A stretch of 64,000 nt of DNA from assembly GCA_963790645.1 (NCBI GenBank), contig CAWBPS010000006.1, positions 11,405 through 75,404 on the forward strand. The letters are read 5' to 3'. Shown in pieces: positions 9,173 through 17,899 of this stretch. The notes below the pieces were generated by a model. It was not told where the DNA came from. It did no database searches and worked only from the letters and a program-made list of their open reading frames with translations. The first letter of the stretch is position 1. Every line of letters starts with the position of its first letter. The DNA comes from Terriglobia bacterium. Its GTDB lineage: Bacteria > Acidobacteriota > Terriglobia > Terriglobales > Acidobacteriaceae. The translations under genes were made by a program, and so were the position numbers.

Positions 9173-10747
9173 CTAGCGCAGCGCCTCCGCCACTTTTCCA
9201 CTGGCAATCAACTCCGCGATCCGGGCGAAATCCTGGTACATCACTCGATCTCTCTCCATGGTCGCGCACACTGAGCGAATTGCGGCGTGGGCGATCTGTC
9301 CGCGTTTCGAAGTCTTGAGCGGAGCGAGAAAGTCCAGGGCCTGGGCCGCCGCCATGGCTTCGATTGCCATTGCATTGCGCGAGTTCTCCACGATGCGCTT
9401 CAGTTTCAGAGCGGCGGTCATTCCCATGGACACGTAGTCTTCCTTGTTGCCGGAGGTGGTAATCGAATCCACCGAGGCGGGATGAGCCAGCACTTTGTTC
9501 TCGCTGACCAGCGAGGCGGCGGCTACCTGGGCCATCATGAATCCCGAGTTCAGGCCGGCGCCGGGCGCCAGAAATGGCGGCAGGCCTTCATTCAGCGCCG
9601 GGTTCACCAGGCGCTCCAACCTGCGCTCGGAAATGCCGGCCAGCGCGCTGAGCGCGATGCCCAGGAAGTCCAGGACGAAAGCCAGGGGCTGGCCGTGGAA
9701 ATTGCCGCCGGAGATGACATCGGCGTCTAGGGTTGCGGAGCTTCGCTCCGCTGGGCGGACGGGGGCGTCCGCCCCTACGTGGGCACTTTTTAAAAACACC
9801 AGGGGGTTGTCCACCGCCGAGTTGACTTCGATCTCCATCACCTCGCGACAGTGGGCCAGGGTGTCGCGCACCGCGCCATGCACTTGCGGCATGCAGCGCA
9901 GGGAGTAGGCGTCCTGCACGCGGTCACAGTCGCGATGCGAATCGCGCAGCGGACTGCCTTCGAGCATCTTGCGCAGGTTCGCGGCCGTCCGCAGCTGGCC
10001 CGGATGCGGACGAGCCTGATGGATGCGTTCGTCAAATGCCACATCAGTCCCCCGCAAGGCATCGAGCGAGAGCGCGCCGATCACATCCGCTGTGTCGGCC
10101 AGGATCTCGGCCGCCAGCAGCGCCAGTATTCCCACTGCCAGCATCGCCTGGGTTCCGTTGATGAGGGAAACGGCTTCCTTGGCTTCAAGCACCAGCGGCT
10201 TGATCTGGGCGCTCCGCATCGCCTCCGCGGCGGGAACGCGCATCGCTTTCTCGGTAAAACATTCGCCTTCACCGATGAGGGCCAGGGCCAGGTGCGCCAG
10301 GGGAGCCAGGTCCCCACTGGCTCCTACGCTGCCTTGCGATGGGACCATCGGAGTGACGCCGCGATTCAGCATCTCGCAAATCGTGTCGATGACAGCTCCG
10401 CGCACTCCGGAGTGCCCTTTGGAAAGTGAATTCGCGCGCAACAGCATCATGGCCCGCGTCTCGGCCACGGAAAGCGGTTCGCCGATACCGGCGGCATGTG
10501 AACGCACCAGGTTGACTTGCAACTCGCGAATCTGGTCGCCGGCAATGCGGACGTCGGCCAGCTTGCCCACACCCGTGGTGATGGCGTAAGACACGCGGTT
10601 CTCCGCGACTAGCGCGTCCACCACCGCGCGGGCCCGATCGACAGCCCCGCGGGCATCGGGATCAAGCAGAACGGGACGGCGCTCGACCGCCACTTCCCGG
10701 ACGGCTTCGAGAGTCAGGTCCTTGCCGTTGATGTGCAGGGCTTTCAA
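9173..10747 (-). CDS. hutH: Histidine ammonia-lyase
   Basis: 524 aa with the MIO-forming GSVGASGDLAPLAH motif, plus NPLVF and VISGGNFHGQP motifs. It carries an extra roughly 21-aa segment encoded by a REP-like repeat (see findings). Confidence 0.9.
   Translation of the reverse strand: MKALHINGKDLTLEAVREVAVERRPVLLDPDARGAVDRARAVVDALVAENRVSYAITTGVGKLADVRIAGDQIRELQVNLVRSHAAGIGEPLSVAETRAMMLLRANSLSKGHSGVRGAVIDTICEMLNRGVTPMVPSQGSVGASGDLAPLAHLALALIGEGECFTEKAMRVPAAEAMRSAQIKPLVLEAKEAVSLINGTQAMLAVGILALLAAEILADTADVIGALSLDALRGTDVAFDERIHQARPHPGQLRTAANLRKMLEGSPLRDSHRDCDRVQDAYSLRCMPQVHGAVRDTLAHCREVMEIEVNSAVDNPLVFLKSAHVGADAPVRPAERSSATLDADVISGGNFHGQPLAFVLDFLGIALSALAGISERRLERLVNPALNEGLPPFLAPGAGLNSGFMMAQVAAASLVSENKVLAHPASVDSITTSGNKEDYVSMGMTAALKLKRIVENSRNAMAIEAMAAAQALDFLAPLKTSKRGQIAHAAIRSVCATMERDRVMYQDFARIAELIASGKVAEALR
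9728..9793. repeat. REP-like half element inserted in-frame inside hutH
   Basis: GCGGAGCTTCGCTCCGC TGGGCGGACGGGGGCGTCCGCCCCTACGTGGG matches the right half of the 30264-30428 and 37151-37277 elements. It is 66 nt, or 22 codons. Confidence 0.8.
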
Positions 10748-10751
10748 GCGA

Positions 10752-10779
10752 GTTTCCGGTTTCCAGTTTCGGGTTTCAA
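10752..10779. repeat. Heptamer-periodic simple repeat
   Basis: GTTTCCG GTTTCCA GTTTCGG GTTTCAA lies between the hutH start and the thioesterase stop. Confidence 0.7.
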
Positions 10780-10787
10780 AGGCGCTC

Positions 10788-11234
10788 TTATTTTCCTGCT
10801 GCTTCGCGAAATGTCTTCAGAATATCTGGCGGCAGCTGTGCCGGTTTCATCTTCCCGTCAAGAATCATGTGCGTGGTCTCGCCTTCGGCCAGCAGTTCGC
10901 CGTCGTTGGCCCGCACCAGTTCGTAGCCAAAATGTATGAGGGACTCGCGAACGTTTCTCAGATGAGTGCGGACAATGATTTCGTCGTCATAACGCGCCGG
11001 CGCCTTGTAGCGGCAGCGGGCGTCCACCACTGGAATAAAGCATCCGTGGTCGCGTTCCATATCGCGATAAGTAAATCCCAGCTGACGCATGAGTTCGACG
11101 CGTCCGATTTCGAACCAGATGAAGTGATTGGCGTGATAAACCACGCCCATCTGGTCGGTCTCGGCGTAACGCACACGCACGCGGGTCTCCGAGATTACGC
11201 TGCTGCCGTGCGCGCTTGCTTGCGGTGGGTTCAC
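10788..11234 (-). CDS. Acyl-CoA thioesterase, YbgC/4HBT hot-dog family
   Basis: RVRYAETDQMGVVYHANHFIWFEIGRVELMR is a typical 4HBT N-terminus. There is a 4-nt overlap with the upstream hydratase stop. Confidence 0.85.
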   Translation of the reverse strand: MNPPQASAHGSSVISETRVRVRYAETDQMGVVYHANHFIWFEIGRVELMRQLGFTYRDMERDHGCFIPVVDARCRYKAPARYDDEIIVRTHLRNVRESLIHFGYELVRANDGELLAEGETTHMILDGKMKPAQLPPDILKTFREAAGK

Positions 11235-12016
11235 TTCGTACTCCAGCGCGGTTTACGTTTTTCCAGAAAGGACGTGATGCCTTCCCGAAAGTCGGCAGTG
11301 GTGCGAATGCGCGCGTTATCCTCAACCGCTTCTGCGATCTGCTGATCTAGCTGTTCTGCGATAAATCCGTTGATCAGGCGTTTGGCCGCCCGCACCGACG
11401 ATGGGCTGTTCTCCATGATCTGCGACGCCAGTTCGCGAGCTCGCGCGAGCAGGCGAGACGGCTCGACTACTTCGTTGACCAGGCCAAGAGCATGGGCCTC
11501 GGCGGCGTCAAACAACCGCCCGGTCAGCAGCAAGTCGCGGGCGACTTTATGTCCCACCTGCCACACCAGCATGGAGGAAACGATGGCCGGCACAAAACCG
11601 ATGCGGACTTCGGTGTAGCCGAACTTCGCCTCAGGCACAGCCAGAGTAAAGTCGCACATGGTGGCAAAGCCCGTGCCTCCGGCGATGGCAGCGCCGTTCA
11701 CGGCGGCGATGGTGGGCAGAGGAAAGTCGTAGATGCGGCGAAAAATGCGAGCCATGCGGGAGGAGTCCTGCACGTTCTCATCATGCGTTCTGCCCAGCAG
11801 GGCCTTCAATTCGTCGAGATCCATGCCCGCACAAAAGGCCTTGCCGGCACCGGTGAGGATGACGACCTGGGCCGGCGATCGCTCAACTTCGTCGAGAGCG
11901 GCAAGCAGTTCGTCCACCAGCGCGTGACTGATGGCATTGCGCTTCTCCGGCCGGTTAAGCGTAATGGTGGCAACGCCGGAATCGAACGCGAGCTGAATGG
12001 TGCTTGAATCCCATAT
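11231..12016 (-). CDS. Enoyl-CoA hydratase/isomerase family (methylglutaconyl-CoA hydratase-like); start codon unresolved
   Basis: Crotonase motifs are present (GAGKAFCAGMDL, AAVNGAAIAGG). The first canonical start (GTG, 11917) lies after the conserved VATITLNRPEKRNAIS strand, which is in-frame upstream. The 5' limit given here is a candidate ATA. See finding. Confidence 0.75.
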   Translation of the reverse strand: MWDSSTIQLAFDSGVATITLNRPEKRNAISHALVDELLAALDEVERSPAQVVILTGAGKAFCAGMDLDELKALLGRTHDENVQDSSRMARIFRRIYDFPLPTIAAVNGAAIAGGTGFATMCDFTLAVPEAKFGYTEVRIGFVPAIVSSMLVWQVGHKVARDLLLTGRLFDAAEAHALGLVNEVVEPSRLLARARELASQIMENSPSSVRAAKRLINGFIAEQLDQQIAEAVEDNARIRTTADFREGITSFLEKRKPRWSTK

Positions 12017-12025
12017 GGTCGTAAC

Positions 12026-12904
12026 TCAATCGGCGGCCGCAGACTCCGTGTACCGCGCCCCCAGCTCCGCCGTAATCCGCAACAACACATCCAGCGGCTT
12101 CAGGACCGGCAACTCCGCTCCTCTTTGTTGCAGCGCCTCCACCACTTTTTCGGTTGCGATATTTCCCACCAATGCGTCTTGCGCAAAGGGGCATCCGCCC
12201 AGTCCGCCCAACGCCGAGTCGAAGCGGCGGCAGCCGGCATCATACGCGGCCAGAATCTTCTCCGTTGCCTGTTCGGGGCGGCTATGCAGGTGCAGGCCAA
12301 TCTCCAGATAGTCGAACTTTGAATTCACCGCTGAAAACAGTTCGCGAATCTGCGCCGGCCCGGCCAGTCCCACCGTGTCGGCCAGAGAGATGGTGCGAAC
12401 CCCGAGCGATTCGAGCAGGTCCACGGCATCGATCACTTCGCCCACATTCCAGGGATCACCGTAAGGATTGCCAAACGCCATCGAGATGTAAACCACGGTG
12501 TCGAGCCCGGCCGGCTCGCCCTGGTTCGTGACTTTTTCCAATTCGTCGATCGCATCCTCTAAAGTCTGGCGCTGGTTATTCTGCAAAAATGTCGGCGAAA
12601 CGGAATAGGGGAAACCCAAAGTCCGGACTGCTTCGGTGGCAATGGCCCGCTGCGCGCCTTTCTCGTTGACCACGATTCCGATAATTTCAACATCATCGGG
12701 CGGATCGAGTTCTTTCAATACTTCTTCCGAATCGGCCATTTGGGGAACGGCCTTCGATGAGACAAACGAAACCGCATCAATGTGCTTGAACCCAGCGCTG
12801 ATCAGCGCCTTCAAATAGTCGGTCTTGATATAAGCGGGGATCTGCCCTTTCAGCCCCTGCCAGGCATCGCGCGGGCACTCAACGAGTTTTACGGAATTGG
12901 ACAT
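12026..12904 (-). CDS. Hydroxymethylglutaryl-CoA lyase
   Basis: VKLVECPRDAWQG...ISMAFGNPYGD...LHLHSRPEQA...GLGGCPFA is the HMGL TIM-barrel signature. ATG at 12904 chosen over the TTG at 12931. Confidence 0.9.
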   Translation of the reverse strand: MSNSVKLVECPRDAWQGLKGQIPAYIKTDYLKALISAGFKHIDAVSFVSSKAVPQMADSEEVLKELDPPDDVEIIGIVVNEKGAQRAIATEAVRTLGFPYSVSPTFLQNNQRQTLEDAIDELEKVTNQGEPAGLDTVVYISMAFGNPYGDPWNVGEVIDAVDLLESLGVRTISLADTVGLAGPAQIRELFSAVNSKFDYLEIGLHLHSRPEQATEKILAAYDAGCRRFDSALGGLGGCPFAQDALVGNIATEKVVEALQQRGAELPVLKPLDVLLRITAELGARYTESAAAD

Positions 12905-13005
12905 ACCAAATTCGCGGCCGCGGATCAACACAGATTCTCGCGGATTAAACCCTGAGGTATTTTATGATCCGTGTCGATCCGCGTTAATCCGTGACGAAAA
13001 AGAAG

Positions 13006-14706
13006 TTACGTTTGCAGCACTCCCACCTTGAACTCGGGCACGTCCGGGTTCAGCGCCGCGGCTTCCAGGGCCTGCGTGATGGCATCGCGCGTCTCCACCG
13101 GATCGATGATCTTGTCGATCCACAACCTGGCCGCTCCGTAACGCGGGTCGGTCTGCTCGTCGTAAGTTTTCTTTACCGACTCGAACAGCTCCTTGCGTTC
13201 TTCGTCGCTCAACTTCTTTCCGCTGCGTTCCAGCTGCTTGATCTTGATTTCGACCAGAGTGCCGGCCGCTGACTCGCCGCTCATGACAGCGTAGCGAGCG
13301 GTCGGCCAGGCAAACACAAAACGGGGATCGTAAGCCTTGCCGCACATGGCATAGTGTCCCGCGCCGAAGGAGCCGCCCACGATCACGGTAATCTTCGGGA
13401 CCACGGAGTTTGACACCGCGTTCACCAGTTTCGCTCCTGCCTTGATGATGCCGCTCCACTCCGCGTCGCGCCCCACCATGAATCCATTCACGTCGTGAAA
13501 AAAAACCAGCGGGACCAGGTTCTGATTGCAGTCCATGATGAAGCGGGCGGCTTTTTCCGCCGACTCGGTGTAGATTACGCCGCCGAATTCGAGGCGCTTG
13601 TGGCCTTCGTGATCGGTCTGCTGCGCGTGCAGCTTCTGGTTGGCCACAATCCCCACCGCAAAGCCGCCGATGCGCGCGTAACCGCAGATGATGGTCTTGC
13701 CATATTCAGCCTTGTACTCGTCGAACCGGCTGCCATCCACGATGCGGGCCAGGATTTCCCTGGTGTCGTAAGGACGCGCCGGCGACGAATCATAGATGCC
13801 GTAAATTTCCTCAGCCGCCAAAGCGGGCGGCTGCGGCTTCCTGCGGTCCCAGGGCGACTGCCGCCGATATCCCCACTTCTCGATGATGGAACGAATACGC
13901 GTGAGGCACGCTTCGTCGTTGGGCTCGCGAAAATCCACCGTACCGCTGATCGCGGAATGCATGGCAGCGCCGCCCAGTTCATCGGCGGAAATTTTCTGAC
14001 CGATGGCGGCCTGCACCAGCGCCGGCCCGGCAAGGAAAAGTCCGCTGCCGTCGGTCATGAGCACGTGATCGCACATTACGGGCAAGTAGCCGCCCCCTGC
14101 GACGCACATGCCCATGATGGCGGCAATCTGCGAAATCCCCATGGCTGACATCACGGCGTTGTTGCGGAAGACGCGTCCGAAGTCGTCCGTGTCCGGAAAG
14201 ACATCTTCCTGCAGCGGCAGGAAGACGCCCGCCGAATCCACCAGATAAACCGTGGGCACGCGGTTTTCGATCGAGATGTTCTGGGCGCGAATCACTTTCT
14301 TCGCGGTCATCGGGAAGAACGCGCCCGCTTTCACGGTGGCGTCGTTGGCGATGATCATCACCAGGCGGGTCTGAATGCGGGCCAGTCCTGTGATGACACC
14401 GGCTGCTGCAGCGCCTCCCCACTCTTCGTACATACCGTGAGCGGCATAGGCGCCGAGTTCGAAAAATGTTCCGGGATCGATCAGCAGATTGATGCGCTCG
14501 CGCGCGGTGAGGCGTCCCTTGCCGTGCTGGCTCTCGATCGCTTTCGGCCCGCCACCCTCGCGGATTCTTTCCTCTTCGTTGCGCACTTGCGAAACCAGGT
14601 CCGCCAGGAAGCGCATATTGGCTTCAAAGCGCGCCGAGGTGGGATCGATATGCGACTCGAGCACGGTGGAACTCGACGGCGTTCCGGGATCGACGCGTTC
14701 GTTCAT
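13006..14706 (-). CDS. Methylcrotonoyl-CoA carboxylase beta (carboxyltransferase) subunit
   Basis: Acyl-CoA carboxyltransferase motifs (IIANDATVKAGAFFPMTAKK, VYLVDSAGVFLP, MGMCVAGGGYLP). It sits next to the HMG-CoA lyase and hydratase. ATG at 14706 (MNERV...) chosen. Confidence 0.85.
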   Translation of the reverse strand: MNERVDPGTPSSSTVLESHIDPTSARFEANMRFLADLVSQVRNEEERIREGGGPKAIESQHGKGRLTARERINLLIDPGTFFELGAYAAHGMYEEWGGAAAAGVITGLARIQTRLVMIIANDATVKAGAFFPMTAKKVIRAQNISIENRVPTVYLVDSAGVFLPLQEDVFPDTDDFGRVFRNNAVMSAMGISQIAAIMGMCVAGGGYLPVMCDHVLMTDGSGLFLAGPALVQAAIGQKISADELGGAAMHSAISGTVDFREPNDEACLTRIRSIIEKWGYRRQSPWDRRKPQPPALAAEEIYGIYDSSPARPYDTREILARIVDGSRFDEYKAEYGKTIICGYARIGGFAVGIVANQKLHAQQTDHEGHKRLEFGGVIYTESAEKAARFIMDCNQNLVPLVFFHDVNGFMVGRDAEWSGIIKAGAKLVNAVSNSVVPKITVIVGGSFGAGHYAMCGKAYDPRFVFAWPTARYAVMSGESAAGTLVEIKIKQLERSGKKLSDEERKELFESVKKTYDEQTDPRYGAARLWIDKIIDPVETRDAITQALEAAALNPDVPEFKVGVLQT

Positions 14707-14791
14707 GAGTGGATTCTGAAAGAAGTTACGGTATAACAGCGGAGCAGCGCGGCGCAAACCGGTGTTTCTGCTGCCGAGCAGCCGGGCCAAT

Positions 14792-14830
14792 AGATTTCAG
14801 ATTGAAGATTCTCGATTTCAGATTTAAGAA
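14792..14830. repeat. Heptamer-periodic simple repeat (AGATTTC type)
   Basis: AGATTTC AGATTGA AGATTCT CGATTTC AGATTTA. It is related to the array at 16081. Confidence 0.7.
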
Positions 14831-14858
14831 CCAGAACGCTATTTTGCCCTAAGACACT

Positions 14859-15341
14859 TTAACTGGTCTTCTCCAGCCATCGTTCCAGGCGGCATCCATC
14901 TTCCTCCAGCAGGAAGCTACCGGTCCCATAGCATTCTCCAAAAATACGGTGCGACTCGGGATCGCGGGCCGCCCGCGTGATCCACTGCTTTCCCACCTGA
15001 TACTGACTGGCGGTAAACCATTTCTGCGGCAAAACCTCGACCAATCCCGCGTTTGGATAGATGACGTAGAGGGCGAAGGCCGGGCTGTCTGGGCCTTTCG
15101 CCGGATAGCTGGTGGGGACAATCAGTTCCTCCACAGTTTGCAGTTCGCCTGGCACTTCAAGCTTGTGCACCCCGGCGGCCAGGCCGAGCGAGACTTCAAA
15201 CTCGGCCAATGGCGCCGCTGCAGAGTAAATACGTTCGCTGGACGCTTTGAACCAGCCCGCAATCTCGGCCAGATCGAAAGCCTTGAGTTGGTCCGGATCG
15301 AAACAGGTAATGCGAATACTGCGGCCCTCGGGACACCACAC
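14859..15341 (-). CDS. Hypothetical protein, distal part of an apparently split gene
   Basis: 160-aa ORF with protein-like composition. It overlaps the tail of ORF 15196-15591, which is in another frame. Confidence 0.45.
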   Translation of the reverse strand: MWCPEGRSIRITCFDPDQLKAFDLAEIAGWFKASSERIYSAAAPLAEFEVSLGLAAGVHKLEVPGELQTVEELIVPTSYPAKGPDSPAFALYVIYPNAGLVEVLPQKWFTASQYQVGKQWITRAARDPESHRIFGECYGTGSFLLEEDGCRLERWLEKTS

Positions 15342-15591
15342 ACCCAGTTTCGAGGGGTGGCACGAAGAACGGCCGGCAATACGTATTCAGCGCGAGCCGC
15401 GGTTTGTCTGCTTCCTGCTCCAGTCCCAGAGTGACCAGGTAGCCAAGCGGCCCTTCACTGCCATGATGGGTCCATACGAAACGCTCACCGGATACCGAAT
15501 TGAAGGCGGGGAATGTCTTCCAGTACCACGGGGTGGGACCGACGGTACGCTGCAGAATATCTTTGAGGCGTGAAGTGCTGATCTCGGCCAT
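15196..15591 (-). CDS. Hypothetical protein, proximal part of an apparently split gene
   Basis: ATG lies 6 nt after the B12-subunit stop. The sequence is protein-like up to ...FFVPPLETG, then becomes an R/S/G-rich tail. Confidence 0.4.
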   Translation of the reverse strand: MAEISTSRLKDILQRTVGPTPWYWKTFPAFNSVSGERFVWTHHGSEGPLGYLVTLGLEQEADKPRLALNTYCRPFFVPPLETGCVVSRGPQYSHYLFRSGPTQGFRSGRDCGLVQSVQRTYLLCSGAIGRV

Positions 15592-15596
15592 CAATA

Positions 15597-16016
<420 letters not shown>

Positions 16017-16080
16017 CGATCTCCATTTAACCACAGAGGGTACGGAGGCGCACAGCTACCGGGGATTGCGGGCGTGATCG

Positions 16081-16191
16081 CAGATTGTAGATTCCAGATT
16101 GTAGATTTCAGATCTCAGATCTCAGATTTCAGATCTCAGTTCTCAGATTTGCTGCTGGGCTTGAAAAATCTGCAATCTAAAATCTGCAATC
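16081..16191. repeat. Heptamer array (10 units) with an inverted partner, forming a long imperfect hairpin
   Basis: Positions 16081-16150 read CAGATTG TAGATTC CAGATTG TAGATTT CAGATCT CAGATCT CAGATTT CAGATCT CAGTTCT CAGATTT. The inverted AATCTGC AATCTAA AATCTGC AATC lies at 16164-16191. Confidence 0.85.
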
Positions 16192-16192
16192 C

Positions 16193-16792
16193 CTACATAG
16201 TCTTGATGTCAAGGCTTCTCCACAAATACCAGCAGGCCACCGAACGGTACGGTTCCCAGGATTTCGCGATCTTCGTCATCAACTCGGGCTTGGGCATTTT
16301 GCGCTTCTTGTAATGCTTCCTGATCGCCATCTGGATGCCGTAATCGCCGGTGGGCAGGACGTTGGGGCGCTTCAGGGTGAACATCAAAAACATTTGTGCA
16401 GTCCATACACCCACGCCTTTGACCTGGGTGAGGTGCTTGATGACTTCGTCGTCGGTCATCTCGGGCAGGCGCGAAAAGTTCAGCTCTCCGCGCGATGCCC
16501 GGGCGGCCATATCTTTGAGGTAGGAAGATTTTTGCTTGGAGAGTCCCACCGACCGCAACTGCGCGTCCGTCAGCTTGAGGATACCTTCCGGCTTGACCGG
16601 TTCACCGGCCAGGGCGGCGAAGCGCTTGAAGATGGTTACCGCCGCCTTGCCATTCAGCTGCTGATAAACGATGGCTTCCGCCAGGCTGTGGAATTCAGGC
16701 GGGCCAAACTCCATCCGGAAGGGTCCGACCTTTGCGATGATGGCGGCCAGCACCGGATCGGCCTTCTTCAGATAATTGGTGGCTTTGCGCAT
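16193..16792 (-). CDS. DNA-3-methyladenine glycosylase II family (HhH-GPD)
   Basis: HhH-GPD motifs (LTQVKGVGVWTAQMFLMF, PTGDYGIQ) in a 199-aa protein. Confidence 0.85.
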   Translation of the reverse strand: MRKATNYLKKADPVLAAIIAKVGPFRMEFGPPEFHSLAEAIVYQQLNGKAAVTIFKRFAALAGEPVKPEGILKLTDAQLRSVGLSKQKSSYLKDMAARASRGELNFSRLPEMTDDEVIKHLTQVKGVGVWTAQMFLMFTLKRPNVLPTGDYGIQMAIRKHYKKRKMPKPELMTKIAKSWEPYRSVACWYLWRSLDIKTM

Positions 16793-16848
16793 GCAGTAAT
16801 TTGACGCGAACCCGGCCCGGGGAGATAGCGGCGACAGCTTGTGAAATC

Positions 16849-17781
16849 TCAGGAAAGATACTGCACAGTTTGCCTGATCAACTCCGCCGTCCCGAGGTAG
16901 GGATCGCCGGCGTCATCCCACTCCATGGAACAATACCCTTTGTAGCCGTGCTGCTTCATAAGAGCGAAGGTCTTCGCCATATCCACGTGCACGGTGATCC
17001 CCTTGCTGTTGGTTTCGGAGGACTTCACGTGTGAAATGCAGTAAGCCTTTCCGAACATGGCAGCGATCCCGCGATAGGCGTAGTCAGGGTCTTTGGCGGC
17101 AAGGGTGTTGCCAAAGTCGGGCAGTGTGTGCAGCCAGGGGCTGTTGACCTTTTCCACCAGCGCCACCAGGAAGAACGGGTCTTCGCTCACTGGATTGTCG
17201 TTCTCGAGCGTAACAACGATGTTCTTCGTGGAGGCGTACTCAGCCACGCGCGCCAGGCTTTCCGCGGTGCGATCGAAATCCGGCTTGGAGCCCTTCGCGC
17301 GGGCAAGGTTGGTACGAATGCTGGGGGAGTTGAGAGCTGCAGCATGGTCCACCCACTTCTTGCTGAAGGCGATGGCCTGCTCGCGCTCGGTACGATCGGC
17401 CGCATAGGGACTGTGGTCGCCATCCACCGCGATGTTCACCACGGCCGCACCGGCTTTCTCCACGGCGGCGCGAAACTCCGCCAGATACTTCGGATCGGTG
17501 GAAGGAAAGTGCCCTGTCCAGGGCTCGATCTTATTGACCTGGAACTTCTCGATTACATGGGCGGCGAAGTTTTTCAGGTCCATGGGCTTCGCGGATTTGC
17601 TCTCCTTGCCCGCGATGAACTCGCGGAAGGGATAGGAGGCAATGGCGATGCGTTCTCGCGGCTGCGAAGGAAACTGCAGGTTCGGAGCGGAACTGGCGCG
17701 GGCCAGTGCCGGGGCCAGCCACGCTCCAGCCGTTGTGGTCGCGCATCGTTGCAAAAAGCGTCTTCGAGTAAGTGAGGACAA
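16849..17781 (-). CDS. Sugar phosphate isomerase/epimerase (xylose-isomerase-like TIM barrel) with TAT signal
   Basis: LTRRRFLQRCATTTAGAWLAPALARA is a TAT signal. The ORF track extension to 18015 overlaps the divergent gene, so the TTG at 17781 is proposed as start (uncertain). Confidence 0.7.
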   Translation of the reverse strand: MSSLTRRRFLQRCATTTAGAWLAPALARASSAPNLQFPSQPRERIAIASYPFREFIAGKESKSAKPMDLKNFAAHVIEKFQVNKIEPWTGHFPSTDPKYLAEFRAAVEKAGAAVVNIAVDGDHSPYAADRTEREQAIAFSKKWVDHAAALNSPSIRTNLARAKGSKPDFDRTAESLARVAEYASTKNIVVTLENDNPVSEDPFFLVALVEKVNSPWLHTLPDFGNTLAAKDPDYAYRGIAAMFGKAYCISHVKSSETNSKGITVHVDMAKTFALMKQHGYKGYCSMEWDDAGDPYLGTAELIRQTVQYLS

Positions 17782-17899
17782 GCTGGTCAGTCTAGCACGG
17801 TTGTCGCTATAGGCTCTCCGTGGCTTTGGCGCGCGGGCGTGTCGCCCGCGACCACACAGGCTCTCACCGTTTACTATTGAGACTTCACGAAAGGGAATC

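Noticed and set aside
16081-16150. The heptamer arrays as a possible CRISPR array or other spacer-containing array.
   Set aside because: The repeat unit is only 7 nt, with no unique spacers and no cas genes nearby.
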